Assembly: GCF_964355755.1 (NCBI RefSeq)
Contig: NC_092677.1
Coordinates: 2,564,101-2,628,100, forward strand
Direction of reading: 5' to 3'
Source of the DNA: Antedon mediterranea
Lineage: Eukaryota > Animalia > Echinodermata
DNA: 64,000 nt
Made by a program: the position numbers and the translations under genes. Below, piece by piece: positions 28,445-42,600 of the stretch (positions within the stretch are counted from its first letter, which is position 1; each line of letters starts with the position of its first letter). The notes beneath the pieces were generated by a model. It was not told the origin of the DNA and did no database searches. It saw nothing but the letters and a program-made list of their open reading frames with translations.

Positions 28445-30044
28445 ACTAGACATGAAACTCGTCACTTTGACGAGTTAGTTATCCGCACAACGACAAACGC
28501 CACGTGCACGTCATACGTTAGAATATTGCACACAGATAAAGATTATGGCATTATGACAAGAACTGAAGAATATGATATGCTGTTAGTGCTGAATTCTGTC
28601 AATTTTGTGTCATATAGTATATACATGCAAACAGTATAATCTGTATACATATTACATACAGTGTAGAATAGGTGAAATTACGAGACCCGCCATTTATTCA
28701 AATTTTTAACATGGCGACGGTATCAAAATGAAACACTTAAATATCAATTTCAGAAGGAAATTATCTCAGAAACAACATATTAACGTGTAGAAGAAATTTG
28801 AATACGTAAAATATAGATGCGCACCCTTTTAAATGTGATGAACTATTACGCAAAATATGAAAATACGACTTTTTTTATTCAACTGGCCATATGATGACGT
28901 CACAACATCCGATTGGCAAAATGTTTACATGAATTCGTATCTACAATCCAATAGCTTCCAGAAAACGTTTTAATCGTGATTATCACATTTTATTCTTACG
29001 AGCTATTACAGATTAAAATTTACTGTAAAGATGAAATTAATGACCAATGTAATTTAAATTTTTAGGCATGATGACGTTAAAAAAATTAAAAAATTTTTAA
29101 TTCATGCAAAAGATAGTTGATTGACCTAGAATATATTAAAATCGGGGTGAAAATGGACAACGAATAACTGGAGATGCGCTCTATTAAATGTGATGAGCTA
29201 TGACGAAAGAGACAAAAATCCTATATTTTATATTCGCGTGGCCATACGATGACGTCACAATGTCCGGTTAGCCATATTAATGCATGATTCGATATCTACA
29301 ACTCATCAACTTCCAGAATATGTAATTTAAAAAAAGTTCTCCATGTAGTTTAGAATCTATGACTGTTTAAAAATAGGCATAATTTTGACGAATTTTTGAA
29401 CTTTTTCACCAGAAACGCGTGCAAATTATTTAATTCGACGTGCTCGTATGACGTAATTTTAAGTCGAAATTGTTTAAAAGTTGGTAACATTACTATAAAA
29501 GGCTGAAAAAACATAAATCACGCGAAAAAAATATGTTTTTAACGCTACGTGTGTACCGCGTGCGTAAAAAGTTTCGCGCGCGTGGGAATTTTTGACATGC
29601 TCAAAATGACATGAAACGCATAGAAAGTTGATTAGAAGTTGATTTTTCGCATTCTAAAATTTTAAACGCGCGTGCGCGCGTAACTTTTTGTGAAACATGC
29701 TATTTTTAATCCATAGAAAGTTAGCGCTTGATGTGACTTAAATTTTCACAAAGTGTCAAAACAAAATTATGTTTCGTTTTTAGTCTATGATCAATCATTG
29801 AAATTCATAAAATCGCGCGTAAGTCACGTTGCGCAACTCTGACGTCATTCAAAAATAGGAGGTGCACAAGTTCACGTAAATGTCGATATGTTGACAAAGT
29901 TACGATATGTTCTGTTTACACGTTTTAGAGAAACGCGACGCACAAAAATGACAGAAGGAAAGAAGTATAATACAGAAAAAAAAAAAAAATATGATGAAAC
30001 AGGACGATTACAAGGAGTTATCCGCTACTAAGCGGATAACTAAT
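28445..30044. mobile_element. Non-autonomous Helentron/HINE-like element, about 1.6 kb
   Basis: The left end has the hairpin aactcgtca-ctt-tgacgagtt followed by ttagttatccgc. The right end has the hairpin agttatccgct-acta-agcggataact, whose distal arm is the inverted complement of the left motif (a sub-terminal inverted repeat). There is an internal duplication (about 28810-28960 versus about 29170-29320), an A/G-rich stretch near the end, and more CpG than the flanks. No ORF. Confidence 0.7.
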
Positions 30045-32120
30045 TAAAAAGTAGTGTAATGACCTACTTACAATATAGTGTAATGACCTACTTACAATAT
30101 ACTGTAAGACCAAAAAGAATAAAATATTATTAAATGCCATGCATTGCAAAATAATTTTACAGTAAAAATATATTTATCGAATACCTCAACTATTTTTTAG
30201 AATAAATAATTGGCATTTTGGCCAAATTAAAATTAATTTTTCTAGACTACTGTACGAAACCAGTGTTTATTATGACATGGGTGTGGCTATAGTTTAATGC
30301 AGCAAAGGTGTGGCTACATATTACTCTGTTTATAATTACAGCAAGGGTGTGGCTATAATGTACTCTCTGTTTATTCACACAAAGAAATCAAATCTAAGCT
30401 TCAATCAGCTAACTGTACAACTGCATGATTAATATAGAATTTAATAACATTTAATAGGTAATTTAATCAGTTGTGTTGCACTAAGTTCAGATTGATAATG
30501 AAACTGAACACGAGAAAACCTATTGTAATTTGCTTTTGAAAAGGACTTATCCCCAAATAAACACTTTCATCAATAGCTGAATAATTTCTAAAAATAACAC
30601 AAAATACTGTACAATCAATCAAGTTTTGTTTTTTATTGTATTGGTGAATGGTCGCAGTGATTGTACATGGGAGAATAATGATTAAAATTATCATGTCAAA
30701 AAAAACATTTCAAGAAGACGAGGGAGGCTACTAAAGTGTCTGATACGACCGACCGGCCAGCCTCTTATGCCACTTTAATAAATGGAGGTCGCGCAACGGT
30801 GATTTACTGCCCAGTATCTACAGTACATTTTTACTCTTGTAAGCCGTTTATGAAATCATTTGATTATCTCCCCCCTCCTCCTCATCTAAAATTTCCAAAA
30901 GTATGTCTAATCTGTATCACTGCAGATTCTTATGAAAATACTGTAAAGTTGTCAATCTTATTCTTAAAATGAAAAAGAAGAAATTAATTTCCTAAAGACA
31001 CCCAACTCCGTCTTAATACGACTGACAATACAAGTATTCATAATAAAATCAAAGTTAAAATGAATTCATTGGAGAGGCATTTAGTACTTAAAATATCTAA
31101 GCACTGAACTCAATCAATTTGTATACACAAGAATGGGACACTCCGATACAATTTATCACTTATAACATATTTTAAGGTCTATAATGAGATCTGAAGGAGA
31201 AATAAATTGTTTTCTAATACTAATAGGCAACTGCTACATTCTTTACTGTATTTAGTAGGTATTTATTTTAAGACCATTTATACAAATTTATAGGCGATTA
31301 ATTGACTTGGTCAGTCAGTAAAAATCGACAAACAATTTTTAACAAAGCATATATTGAAACTTAAAATTGTATTTTAATTTCTTGGTTGCTTTGTTGAATA
31401 TTATTTAAATCAGGTAATAATTACCTCTTCTTTCCGTAATAAACTTATTCCTGAAAATGTGTTTATTATAATATAAAATATTAATTTATGTTTACGTTCA
31501 AGTACTATATTTGTTCCAGTTAGATAGTAGCAATTTTTAATATTATAGTACACATGATTGTATTACAAAACTTAATTTTTTCAAAAATATGCGACATAAT
31601 AAGCCCACAATGTCATAATTTGCTATGTATTTCAATTATTCATTTATTCTTCACTAGGCTATACTTTACTATTTAATTTTATGATTGATTATTACAAAAC
31701 CAAAGCATTTCAAATGTAAAAAAAAAATGTCAATACTACTATTAATAAGCAAATTATTCAACTAGGCCTAGATGATAATCCTACCATACCAGAACTCGCT
31801 CAATAACACCAGCTAAACTTCCGGGTAAGGTAGGAGTTTTTACTGAGCCATCCAACGAACGGAAGCCACTGTTCATCAGGTCGTATGTGATATCTTTAGT
31901 AACTTTTTAATTTAAAACAAAAACTACATAAACTTTAATGTAATAAAAGGTGCAGTACTTTGACACATGAAATAACATTATTTCTCCGAATGTCAAATAA
32001 AAATGAGAATTCCCATTTAATGTACCAAGTTGGTGCTTAGGGCGATAATCCGTTGGCATCCCAACTTTTCCACAGTTATTAGTACTCTTCCACTGCCCAG
32101 CGATTAGAGAGGACACTTAC

Positions 32121-32300
32121 CGATTTTCAGTCCTTCGGAGGCCTCGAATTTAGGTCGTTTCCAGGGTATATCTCCAATAAAGTGTATATTTCCTGCCTTT
32201 AACCTGAAGATTGCAATATTCTATTGCTTCGATTAATTCCAAATTAACAATAACATTCCTAAAATGGCGTTTTTTATTTTAAAATCTACTCATTTTCGCT
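32121..32300 (-). promoter_or_regulatory. Probable TSS and non-coding first exon of the RhoGEF gene
   Basis: Strong donor (CG|gtaagt at 32121/32120), a YY1-type AAAATGGCG at 32261-32269, and local CpG enrichment. No in-frame ATG seen. Confidence 0.45.
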
Positions 32301-33675
32301 ACCACAACACGCAATGAACGTAAAAGATAACTAGGACAAGTCACTCACGTTATTGTAAAAATATGCGAGGTGCGCATAATAAAGTAGTTCCAACTATCAA
32401 TTAAAGTATTGTTAATAGGCCACAGTTTTCTATTTTTCCGATCAAAAAATATTGCTAATGTACTTTAATCATCTTTAGACAACTTTGTTAAGAACTTTCA
32501 TATCTGTAAGTTTGACTTTTAAACTGCTTGTGTATGAATATCCAAAAAGTATAAAAGAAAACTGTTTTAAAGATGGCCGAGAGGTCAACTCATGCAGGGT
32601 TGAATTATAGAGGGCGACAAACAGCAATTTCGTTTGATCATGAATAGTTAGCGCGTAAAAATACCTAATGAAATTTGAATAATTAAATGCGCGAAAAATA
32701 ATGTAATTAAATAAAACAACTAAAAGATAAGTTAAAATTATGACAAACCATTAAAAAATAAAATGTGATTTACACTCACCAAACTTACACTCACCATTGT
32801 TTGTTTGCTTTTATTTTTATAATCTGAGTAGGCCTACTGCTAGAACTTAATTTATTTTAATAAACTATCAAAACTACAGAATTGCCATTCAAGTTTGATT
32901 TATTAATCTTTATTTTCCATGGTCACATTTATCTGATAACAAGGCAATTCTCACAATATTAGCATCATGAATAAAAAATATTAGTAAGTACAGCCTTAAA
33001 GGGCAGCTCCGGGATTTTTTAAAAATGGGGGAAAGGAGGGGCGGGGGGTTATTTTATGACACTCATTCTACTGTAAAAAAAGAAGGGTTAATATCAACGT
33101 TGTTGTGAGAGTTTTTATATTTTATAATAAATAGAAATATTATAGTCGGAGCTACCCTTTTGGGTCTTTGAAAAAACAGAATATAAATGCACAAGAAATG
33201 TAGATAAGACTTCACAATATCACTGACATCACTACACACAACTGTAGAAGGTAGAGGATTTGGTGGTATATTAATGTAAAACAAGTTCGAAAAAGGAAGG
33301 AAGAAAAGGAATTATGATTATATATTTTAAACTTTTTTTCTGACTTTGTGTTATATTACTGTATTTTATCATTATCATATTGTGTTTTATCAGCAGAAAA
33401 TTTGCTTATAAGTATTTTTCCTGATTTTACTGCTTGCTAAAATCAACAGGTCAGAGACCCTCGTAGATACCCAGCCCACTTCTGGGCTATAAAAGCCCAC
33501 TGTTTCACCAATGCAAGAAAGACTAGAGACATTTGCAGGTACAGTACCCTGATTACTTTAATAGATAAATTCTTTTTTTTACTTTACAACGATTTACAAA
33601 TATTCAGCTCTCAAGTGTTTCTTAGCAACATGAACATGCATCATATTCTATATACTGTATCTATCTGAATTATCT

Positions 33676-36600
33676 TCATTCTTTTTCCTCATGCTTCATT
33701 TTTCCAGTTTTCCTCTGTTTCTTCCGTGTGTCTTTCATGTGACCAGTCTCATCTATCATTAGTTTCGGCTCGTCACTTTCATAACCACTATATACTGGCT
33801 TTCTAGGGAAGTGGGAATCGTCCATTTTTGGCTGCTGAGGTATCAATTGGGCAGAAGAACTACTTAGATGCAAGTATGCCAAGGGTTTCGCTGACGTCGG
33901 TGGGCTGTAAACAGACGACGGACGATCCACGTCGCTGACAACAAAGGGCGCAACAGTTTTCTTTGATATTGACATGTCTAAGGGTTTAGTTTTGCAACTG
34001 AGATCAATAGGCTGGTCTGCGTCAGAAGAGGACATGTGTTGTGATATGGTTCCTCTCTGCATCTGTGGTTGAACTGGATTCAAGTATTGAGGTAACTTTT
34101 GTGTCGGTGGCAGGAAAGTTGCTCTCATACCAGGCTCTTGACAAATGACCGGAACCCCTCTTATGAACTGGGATACAGTGGTTTGCGGAAGTCCAAACTG
34201 AACTGATGGCTGAACAAAAACTGGCGCTACCTTTGAGGGTGTTTCAGATATTATGAATCGTTGAGGTGATGCAAGTTTGTGGACAATCTGATGTGGAGGT
34301 GGAAACTGGTGAATGAAATGTGCGGCGTTTGTTGGCACAGTTCCAAGCGGTGCTTGTGAAATGATGTACGGCCCTGCAGGATCTATTCTGTGTAGTTGTG
34401 GTACACTCTGAAGAGACTGTGTGATGATGTGAGGGACTGAAGGAACTCCAGTAACATAATGGGGCAAATGATGCCCTTGATTAGCAACAGGATGCTGTGT
34501 CATTATGCGATGTTCTGGTTTCATATAATGAAGTTCTGGAACAATGGGATGTACCTGGGCTATGGATGCTTTTGTGTAAACAGAATCTGTTCTAGTAAAT
34601 TGTGTTCTTGGTTCAAAAGATGATGAAAAAGACTGGTAAGATGGGCCAAAACCAGGTCGTACATCCTTATTGTACAAAGCTATTGATGGTTCTTGCAGTC
34701 TTGGAGACAAACTACTAGCACGAGGAATGGCAACATCTAAGTACCCTGGCTTAAGATGTTTCTGATGTTCGACATCACTTGCTGACATCGGTCTTTTTAT
34801 CTCATGGTGTGGATACACGATAACCGATACTCGTCTGCCGTCACTATCTACTGGTTTTTCTCTAGTAGTTTTTGAATTTAATGCTCTTCTACTTTCTAGT
34901 GCAGAAGAAAGAGACTGTACAGCATGTAGGTTATCAGTGTTAGGAAGATTTTGTAGTGGTGAGACTTTATTACTGGAAGAAGCCTTTTTAATAGTTTTTT
35001 GCAAATTTGAATCGCCCAATGAGAGTAGAGTCTGTGCAGTTGACAAGGTGATGTAAGGTTGTGAATTAGTTGTCATATTACAAACATTGTCTTTGATGGC
35101 AGGATTGCCTCCTTCTACTTCTCTCCCTCCTAAACTAGAAGATGCATTTGTTTCATCTTCTACTTCCATCGGCAATTCTGTTATTTCGTGATCTGAATTT
35201 AATTTGACATCATTTATTTTAAAATCCATGACATCACTTGACAATTTCTCTTGATTTCCTTCATTTTTTAACAATCTTTCTTTTCTTGATCTTTTATCAA
35301 AGTCACCACTTTCAGCAGATTCTTCAGTCATTTTAAGCGATTTCCGTTTCCTTGACAACCTATTTGGGTCTTCTGGAATATCAAGATGCTTATCTGATCT
35401 TTCAAGAAATTTTGATGAATCAGCATTTGATAATTGTTGACGTTTAGAAGATGTTTCTGTGAGAAAAGAAATTGTCCATTTACTATATTCATTATCACAT
35501 TTATGACTTCCTCCTTCTATTGTTGTATTAATAGGAATATCGTCCTCTTTTTGGTTAGGTGTATGAATATCTGGTTGTTGTGTTACAGACACATTACTAG
35601 AAGATAGTTCTGACTGGCCTGAATGTTCAGTTTCTATTGCACACATTTCACTATCAATATGCTTTTTTAGAAAGTTTTTATTGGTTATATGACTATTGTC
35701 AACTTTCTCTTTAACATCAACAACAGATTTCTTTTTGAGAATACCAGCTTCATCTTCTTTCCTTTCTATGGTAACTGCAGTCTCTTCAACAGAAATATGC
35801 ACTTTTGTCTTTGTACTATTCTGACGAGGTAGAAAATACGTTACTTCACTTTCATTTTGTGATATACTCTTTTCTATTTGTTGTGTTTCTATTTTTTGTA
35901 CATTTAAAATGTTGTTTTCTTCTGAAGTGTTTTTCTCGCTACAATCCGATTGTATTTGTTCAGAAGACATGAACTTTTGCTCATCTGTTTTGCAATCAAT
36001 GTCATTATGTTCACAAACATTTGTTGTGTCCTGAGGAATACTATCTACTGCATTAGATTCTATTTTATCATCACAATTATTACCACAAACAACAGTCCTT
36101 TGTGAACTGGATGACATCTCAACTTTGACCTCTGTCTCCATGGATTTTATGTCAATGTCTTCTTTGACACAATTTTCTGAAGAAATGGTTACATTTTCTT
36201 TAATCTGTGTTTCGGCACTTGATACTAGCACTTTTGTGTCAACTTGGCATTCTATTTTTTCCTCATTTGTTCTGGAAATCTTAGCTTCAGAGACTTCTGA
36301 ACAATTAACTGAAACGTTATCCTTATTTAGAAGCTTCTTTGGTGATAGACTCGATGCACCAGCTTCCATTGATGATAGACTTGTTGCACCAGCTTCTTCC
36401 TCTTTTGCTGCATCATATATAGATTGCATTTCCATATTAGCAGTTATTTCTGATACTTCTTCATCAGTAATGGATGTTTCTCTAACAGGTACCCGGTTAC
36501 TATCAGACTCTTTTGATAAATCCTTACTTTTCTGTAATTCCTCATTCTCAGATATAACCGTATTACATGTTGCAATTTCCATTGAATTCTTTCTTTCTGG

Positions 36601-39600
36601 AGATGTATTTAAAATGGGATCATCAGAAAGTACTTCAGAGGAATATAGATGTGAAGTATTTACTGATGGAATGTTTAACACATGAACTTTTGGCAGTCCA
36701 GCAGTACCCGGACTGTATTCATGGCTAGTTGCCGTGACAACTGAGGGCATTGTTTCAACAGTCACTGAACATCCAACAACAGGAGATGATTGGATGGATC
36801 TACTTGGAGTTGACATTCTTGGTGACATAAACTGTGAACTCTGATCCTGGTATGGTGAAGGAGCAGGGCTTGAGGTAGCAGAGCTTAAAACAATCTGAGG
36901 ATTTTGATTGGGTGAAGATCTTGGTGTTAATTGCTGACCATGATAATTATAGACCTCCTCATTTGTATTAATTACTGTTAAAGGCCAGCTACTACATTGA
37001 GATGGACTGGTTAGCCTCTGTCTTCCAGATGATCTGGACAGGGAATTCGGTGAACGAGGGCGGTAATCTTTGCCATGTAATAAATTTGATATCTGTAGAA
37101 AAGAATAATTTTAAAATATTTAGTATTTATATCAGTATTTTACAAAAATATTGTCACAATACAAGAATTATGACAAGAAGAGCTAGCATGAATAAACATG
37201 AATTCTACCTATATTGTCACTCTTAAACTTAACAAAATTGGTTTTTATGTTTGACCCACTACTAATTGTCCTAATACCCCCCACAATTAACTTTCCAACA
37301 CCCTCCACAAGTAACTTTCCAACACCCTCCACAATTAACTTCCCAATACCCTCCACAATTAACTTCCCAATACCCTCCACAATTAACTTTCCAGCACCCT
37401 CCACAATTAACTTTCCAACACCCTCCACAATTAACTTTCCAACACTCTCCACAATTAACTTTCCAGAACCCTATTAATGCAAAAGAATTCCACTTACAAC
37501 TCTATTGGTGGTAATCATTGCCGGTGATTCTCTATGAGAGTTGCGCATACTCATGTCCGCACCAGACTGCATCAGCCGCCGTACGACCTCTGTGTAGCCA
37601 CGCCCACTAGCGATGTGCAGAGCTGTGTTACCAGAGTATGATTGACAATTGATATCAGGGCCACCTAGTAACAATATTTCAATAATTTTGTCAACGTCTC
37701 TTGCAGCAGCATGGAAAAGAGCAGTCCAGCCATTTTTGGTATCCTGAAAGAAAAGATGTAATACTATTATTCTACTGATTTCTATTGATTTCTAGTCTTA
37801 ATGATTTTCAGACTGAATGAATTCAAGACTGAATGATTTCTGAATTGACAATTTTGAGAGTGAAAGATTTCCAGATTAATGATTTTGAGAGTAAAATGAT
37901 TTTCAGACTGAATGATTTCAAGACTAAATGATATTTAGATTGATGATTTCAAGACTAAATTTTTTGAAACTGAATTATAATGTCTGAATTGACAATTTTG
38001 AGAGTGAATGACTTCCAGAATAATAATTTCGACAGTAATGGTTTTGAGACTGAATAATTTTTAGACTGAATGATTTTAAAACTGAATAATTTTGAGACTC
38101 AATAATTTTGAGACTAAATATATTCAAATGAATGATTTTGAGAATGATTAATTTCAATACTGAATCTTACCTTATGGTCAATGTGGTTTGGTTTATGATG
38201 TACAAGGATATTGACAATTTCAGCATCCTCATGGATAACAGCAAGATGGAGCGGTATGTAGCCTAAATAAACAAACAAACATCTCTTTATATTTACTTTC
38301 GTAAACAAATAAATGGTTTCATTAAATACAAAAAAAAAAAATTAGTGTTTCTCAACATTTTAAAAATAAATTCTTGAAATTCAACAACAAATATTACATT
38401 ACATATAAATAAATGTGAATTATTCAAAGATTACACTGAACAATTTAGCTTAAAATGTTACCTGCCACTTATAGCCAATAATGGGACTTTTGGACCTAAA
38501 CTTACCTTCAAAGTTTTTGGTTGTGAGTTGTGGCTTATGACTTATCCCTTGTAACAAGGCAAACATGATCGGAGCACATTTGTGGATGCAAGCCAAATGC
38601 ATTGATGTGTTTCCATAGCGATCACATATGTTTGGGTCAGCACCAGCTTGGATAAGATCAGCTGCTAACTCTGTGTGCTTAGTGATGATAGCAATGTGCA
38701 GCGGTGTCTAAAGTTAAGATAAGTTAATAAGATAATTCATTAATAACTATTCATTAAGTATAATGATGATATATTAAAATATGTATAAAAGCTCTGTCTA
38801 CACTATCAAACTTTATGTGACAAAAAAGTTTGATGCACCCAAATATGGCAGTGATATGCTCAAATATGGTAGTGATGACATCATCATGTCCATATATGAG
38901 CTAAACATTTTATGTAACATTGGTTATGGATTTGGTAAAATATTTCTCCATACACACTGGTTCGTTTTTGCGCTTGGTTTTCCCATATATCATGCCCCAC
39001 TTACAATTGTTATTCTTTTATTTTATAGACACAAGGACAATCAATCATGACTTTTTTGACACAATTAGACAAACACATACAAGATGCTCTACATAAACCA
39101 GTCCTCTAGTGTGGGCCAGGACCAAAATTTGATCTTGAATTAATTACGGTTTTGGCGGTTTTGGCAATATTGTGTTTTTATCATAACAACAAATCCTGAT
39201 AAGAATCCAACAATACAAACCTGATGAAGATTGTTAACAGGATCAATGGAGAGATCAGACATTGATATCAGGTAGAGTAACTGGTGGACCATGTCTACCT
39301 CACACTGAGAAACAGCAATGTGCAACGGCCTAGACAAAAAAAAAGGGTTCAGTTACAAATATTTTATGGACAATAGGTAATTAGCTTTGTCTATCAAACT
39401 TTATGTGACAACACAATGTGATGTGCCCATATATGGTCATGATGATTTCATACAATGGAATGCCTTGTTGCATTGACTTTATATATTTATTTGTTTTTGT
39501 TCTATGAGCTCTTAGATTAAGATTTTTTTGTTCTCTTTTTTGCTATGGATATATTATGTCACCATGATATTCCAAAATAAAAAGATGAATGAATGAATAT

Positions 39601-42600
39601 CACTACCATATTTGGACATATAACTACCATATTTGGAACATCACACTTTTTTTGTCAAACTAGTTTAATAGCGTAGACAGAGCTTTAGCCCTGACAAATG
39701 AATAATTATTTGCAACAGATTGACACTTTTTTCTGGCCGGCTATTTTAATATTGTTTTGATTTAGCTTTTTGTTTGTTTGTTTGTTTGTTTCATTTGTAT
39801 CCCCATTGAGATCCAGCCATTGATACCCACAGCCATTTATTGTCAGAAATTTTCATTTGGATGGACATGAATGCTTTACTTGTACTGATCAACAGTACAT
39901 ACCACGGGCTGCTTAGTTCAATCATTCTAGTTGAGTACTTCCTGTAAAGTTTTTTTTTGGATCACCTCCAAAACTATTCTTATCAAATGTATACACATTC
40001 CTTTCCTGGTACCTGTATAAGGCCTTGTTGCTGCTATAAAATAATGCTAGATTATTGCAGCTATAATTTGCACAATGATCAGTTATCTGATACAAAACAT
40101 GATTTCTGCTCTCCCTTTTTTACTATAATTGATTCTTATAGATATCATATCTCTACGATTGATACAATCATATTTCCTTTTTCCTCTGCACTTTTGTGAA
40201 CGTTTTAAAGAAGGTTTGAGGCACAATGACAACCAGTTATCTGATACAAAATATGATTTCTCCTCTCCAATTCTTACTTTTAGTTGATGCTAGATATCAT
40301 CTCTACGATTGATGCAATATTATATTTAATTTTTCCTCTCCACTTTTAGGAGCGTTTTACAGAAAGAAAATTGTCACAGATATAACCAGTTATCTGATAC
40401 AAAACATGATTTCTCCTCTCCCTTTTTTACTATAATTGATTCTTTTAGATATCATATCTCTACAATTTATGCAATATCATATTTCATTTTTTCTCTCCAC
40501 TTTTAGGAGCGTTTTACAGAAAGGAGATCGTCAAATTTGGACACAGATATAACCAGTTATGATACAAAACATGATTTCTCTCCAATTCATACTTATAATT
40601 GATTCTTACAGATCTATATGATTGATGCAATATCATATTTATTTTCTCCCCTCTACTTTTGTGAGCATTTTACAGAAAGGAGATCGTTAAATTGGATCAG
40701 AACAAAGTGAAAGGTAACACACATAAAACATTGCAAAACCGTTTTACTAGGAATTTATTAGAAAGATTAATAATAAGTCCTTGATATCGCTTGAACCAAT
40801 ATTATCGGAAGCATTTCCTTAGAAAAGTTAAAGCAACCAAACATGACATGACTAAATCTGTCTATTCATCTGATTGTTTATAACGATTTGGAATTTCTGC
40901 TTACTTTTAACAGAGAACAAAATAAATTTAATTGTTCAGTATAGACCATGTTCTTTGTCTATTATGAACATAGTGTAGTCGTCATATATTCGTTTGGTGT
41001 TACTGTATTATCTACAAAAGAATCACATTTTTCACACAAAAGACCATCATAAGATTATTCATTTGACTCAAGACTTTGTTTATAGTATTCTATTATATTT
41101 TAAATTAATTATTTGTAATATTTAACTTTCTAATCACCAGAGCCTATGTCTGAAATTCCAAAAATTCTGGTATTCTGAACATGTTTTTAATGGTTAAAAA
41201 AGATTTTGGGATTTCTCGACCGAAAGGCATATTTTTTTTCAGATTGTACGGTAGGAGAGTTGGCTGTATAATCATTTGTATTGTACGCGCATTAATTTAA
41301 TGAGATTGTCGAGCTTGATCTTTACTGCAACTACAGTATATAGTAAAATTTATCAAGTTTGATGAAAGTGCTCAGATTGTGCAACTTACGTGTCTCCGTC
41401 TTCATCAGGTGCGGTTGCTTGCTGAATCTCGCTGGCAACCAGGAGACTGTATATAGGATGCGATGCATCTAAGGCACAAATAAAAGTATAACATTTTATT
41501 ATTTTGTTACGGTTAGTATCAATCATGCTGTTTTGACCAGAAGTTTTCTGAAATATTAATTTCACCCGCTCATACAAAATCAAGTACTGAGAGAACAGAA
41601 GCATGATTTGAACACAAGACCTTGCCATTGGACATCTTCAAGTCTGTTGCACTGCAGTAGTGCAGCTGTCAGAGGTCCCTTGTTAAATAAAGAATAAAGT
41701 TTTAATACTATGTACTTAGTCAGATCTGGAGATTAACGATAATAAATCTTATAACATACGTAAGGTGAAGGTACAGCGCACGCACATGCATGTCATTCAT
41801 AATCTATTTAATGTTCCTGGAATTTCCTTCAATTAAAGAACCTTTTTACTTGTAATGGCCATAAGCAAGGCCTAATATGGTATAACAACACAACACACAG
41901 GTACTGTACTAACAATTATACCTAAATAGCTGAGATAAGAGTAAAAACTAACAGGATGGAAACCACCAATAAATGAAACAAAAGTGTTTACAAAACCAAA
42001 TTTAACAAACCTTTTTTCTTCAACTTTTTCAACAAGTTAGCCGACATTGTATAAAAGTCCTAATATTTTCCAAATAAGTTGACAACAATGAAAGAAAGCC
42101 TAAGTGACAATTGGAACCTGCCACTGTAAACAAAGATCACAACAACAAACAACCAATAGCAGTGCTCCTTCAAATGTTTAATTTCACTCGTTTTTACTTC
42201 CTTGTTGAAGACAGAATTCCAAAGTAGGCCAACCGGGCATGACATTTATTATTCCCATGATAATTATTTAAAAGTAATTGTTTAATTTACGAGAAGCCTG
42301 GATAAATTATTACCCCCAACAATTGAGAATTAATTTTTCAAAGAAAAGCTTCAGTTTATTGAATAATTAAGCTGCGATTGAAACCTCCAGGATATCAACT
42401 AATACAATTTAACAAAGGTTATCATTTTTTAGACCCCCGCTTCTAAAAATAGCTAAATCACTATCCAACATAAATCCTTCTTTTTCATAATGGAACTATG
42501 CATTTCTACACATTTCCTAATTTTGTAATCTGGTAAACAACTCATTGAAATGTAAATAGTTTTGATTTATAATAGCAGTGTTTTTCTTTGTTACAACTGG

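Noticed and set aside
33770-33800. YSGYES as a beta-TrCP degron
   Set aside because: It lacks the Asp of DSGxxS and sits at the far C-terminus, so it is too weak to claim.
36125-36685. 186-aa plus-strand ORF
   Set aside because: It is the antisense shadow of the large minus-strand exon.
41620-41678. Possible extra exon (GPLTAALLQCNRLEDVQWQ) of the IkB-like gene
   Set aside because: It needs a phase-0 upstream donor that I could not find, and its donor (gtcttg) is weak.
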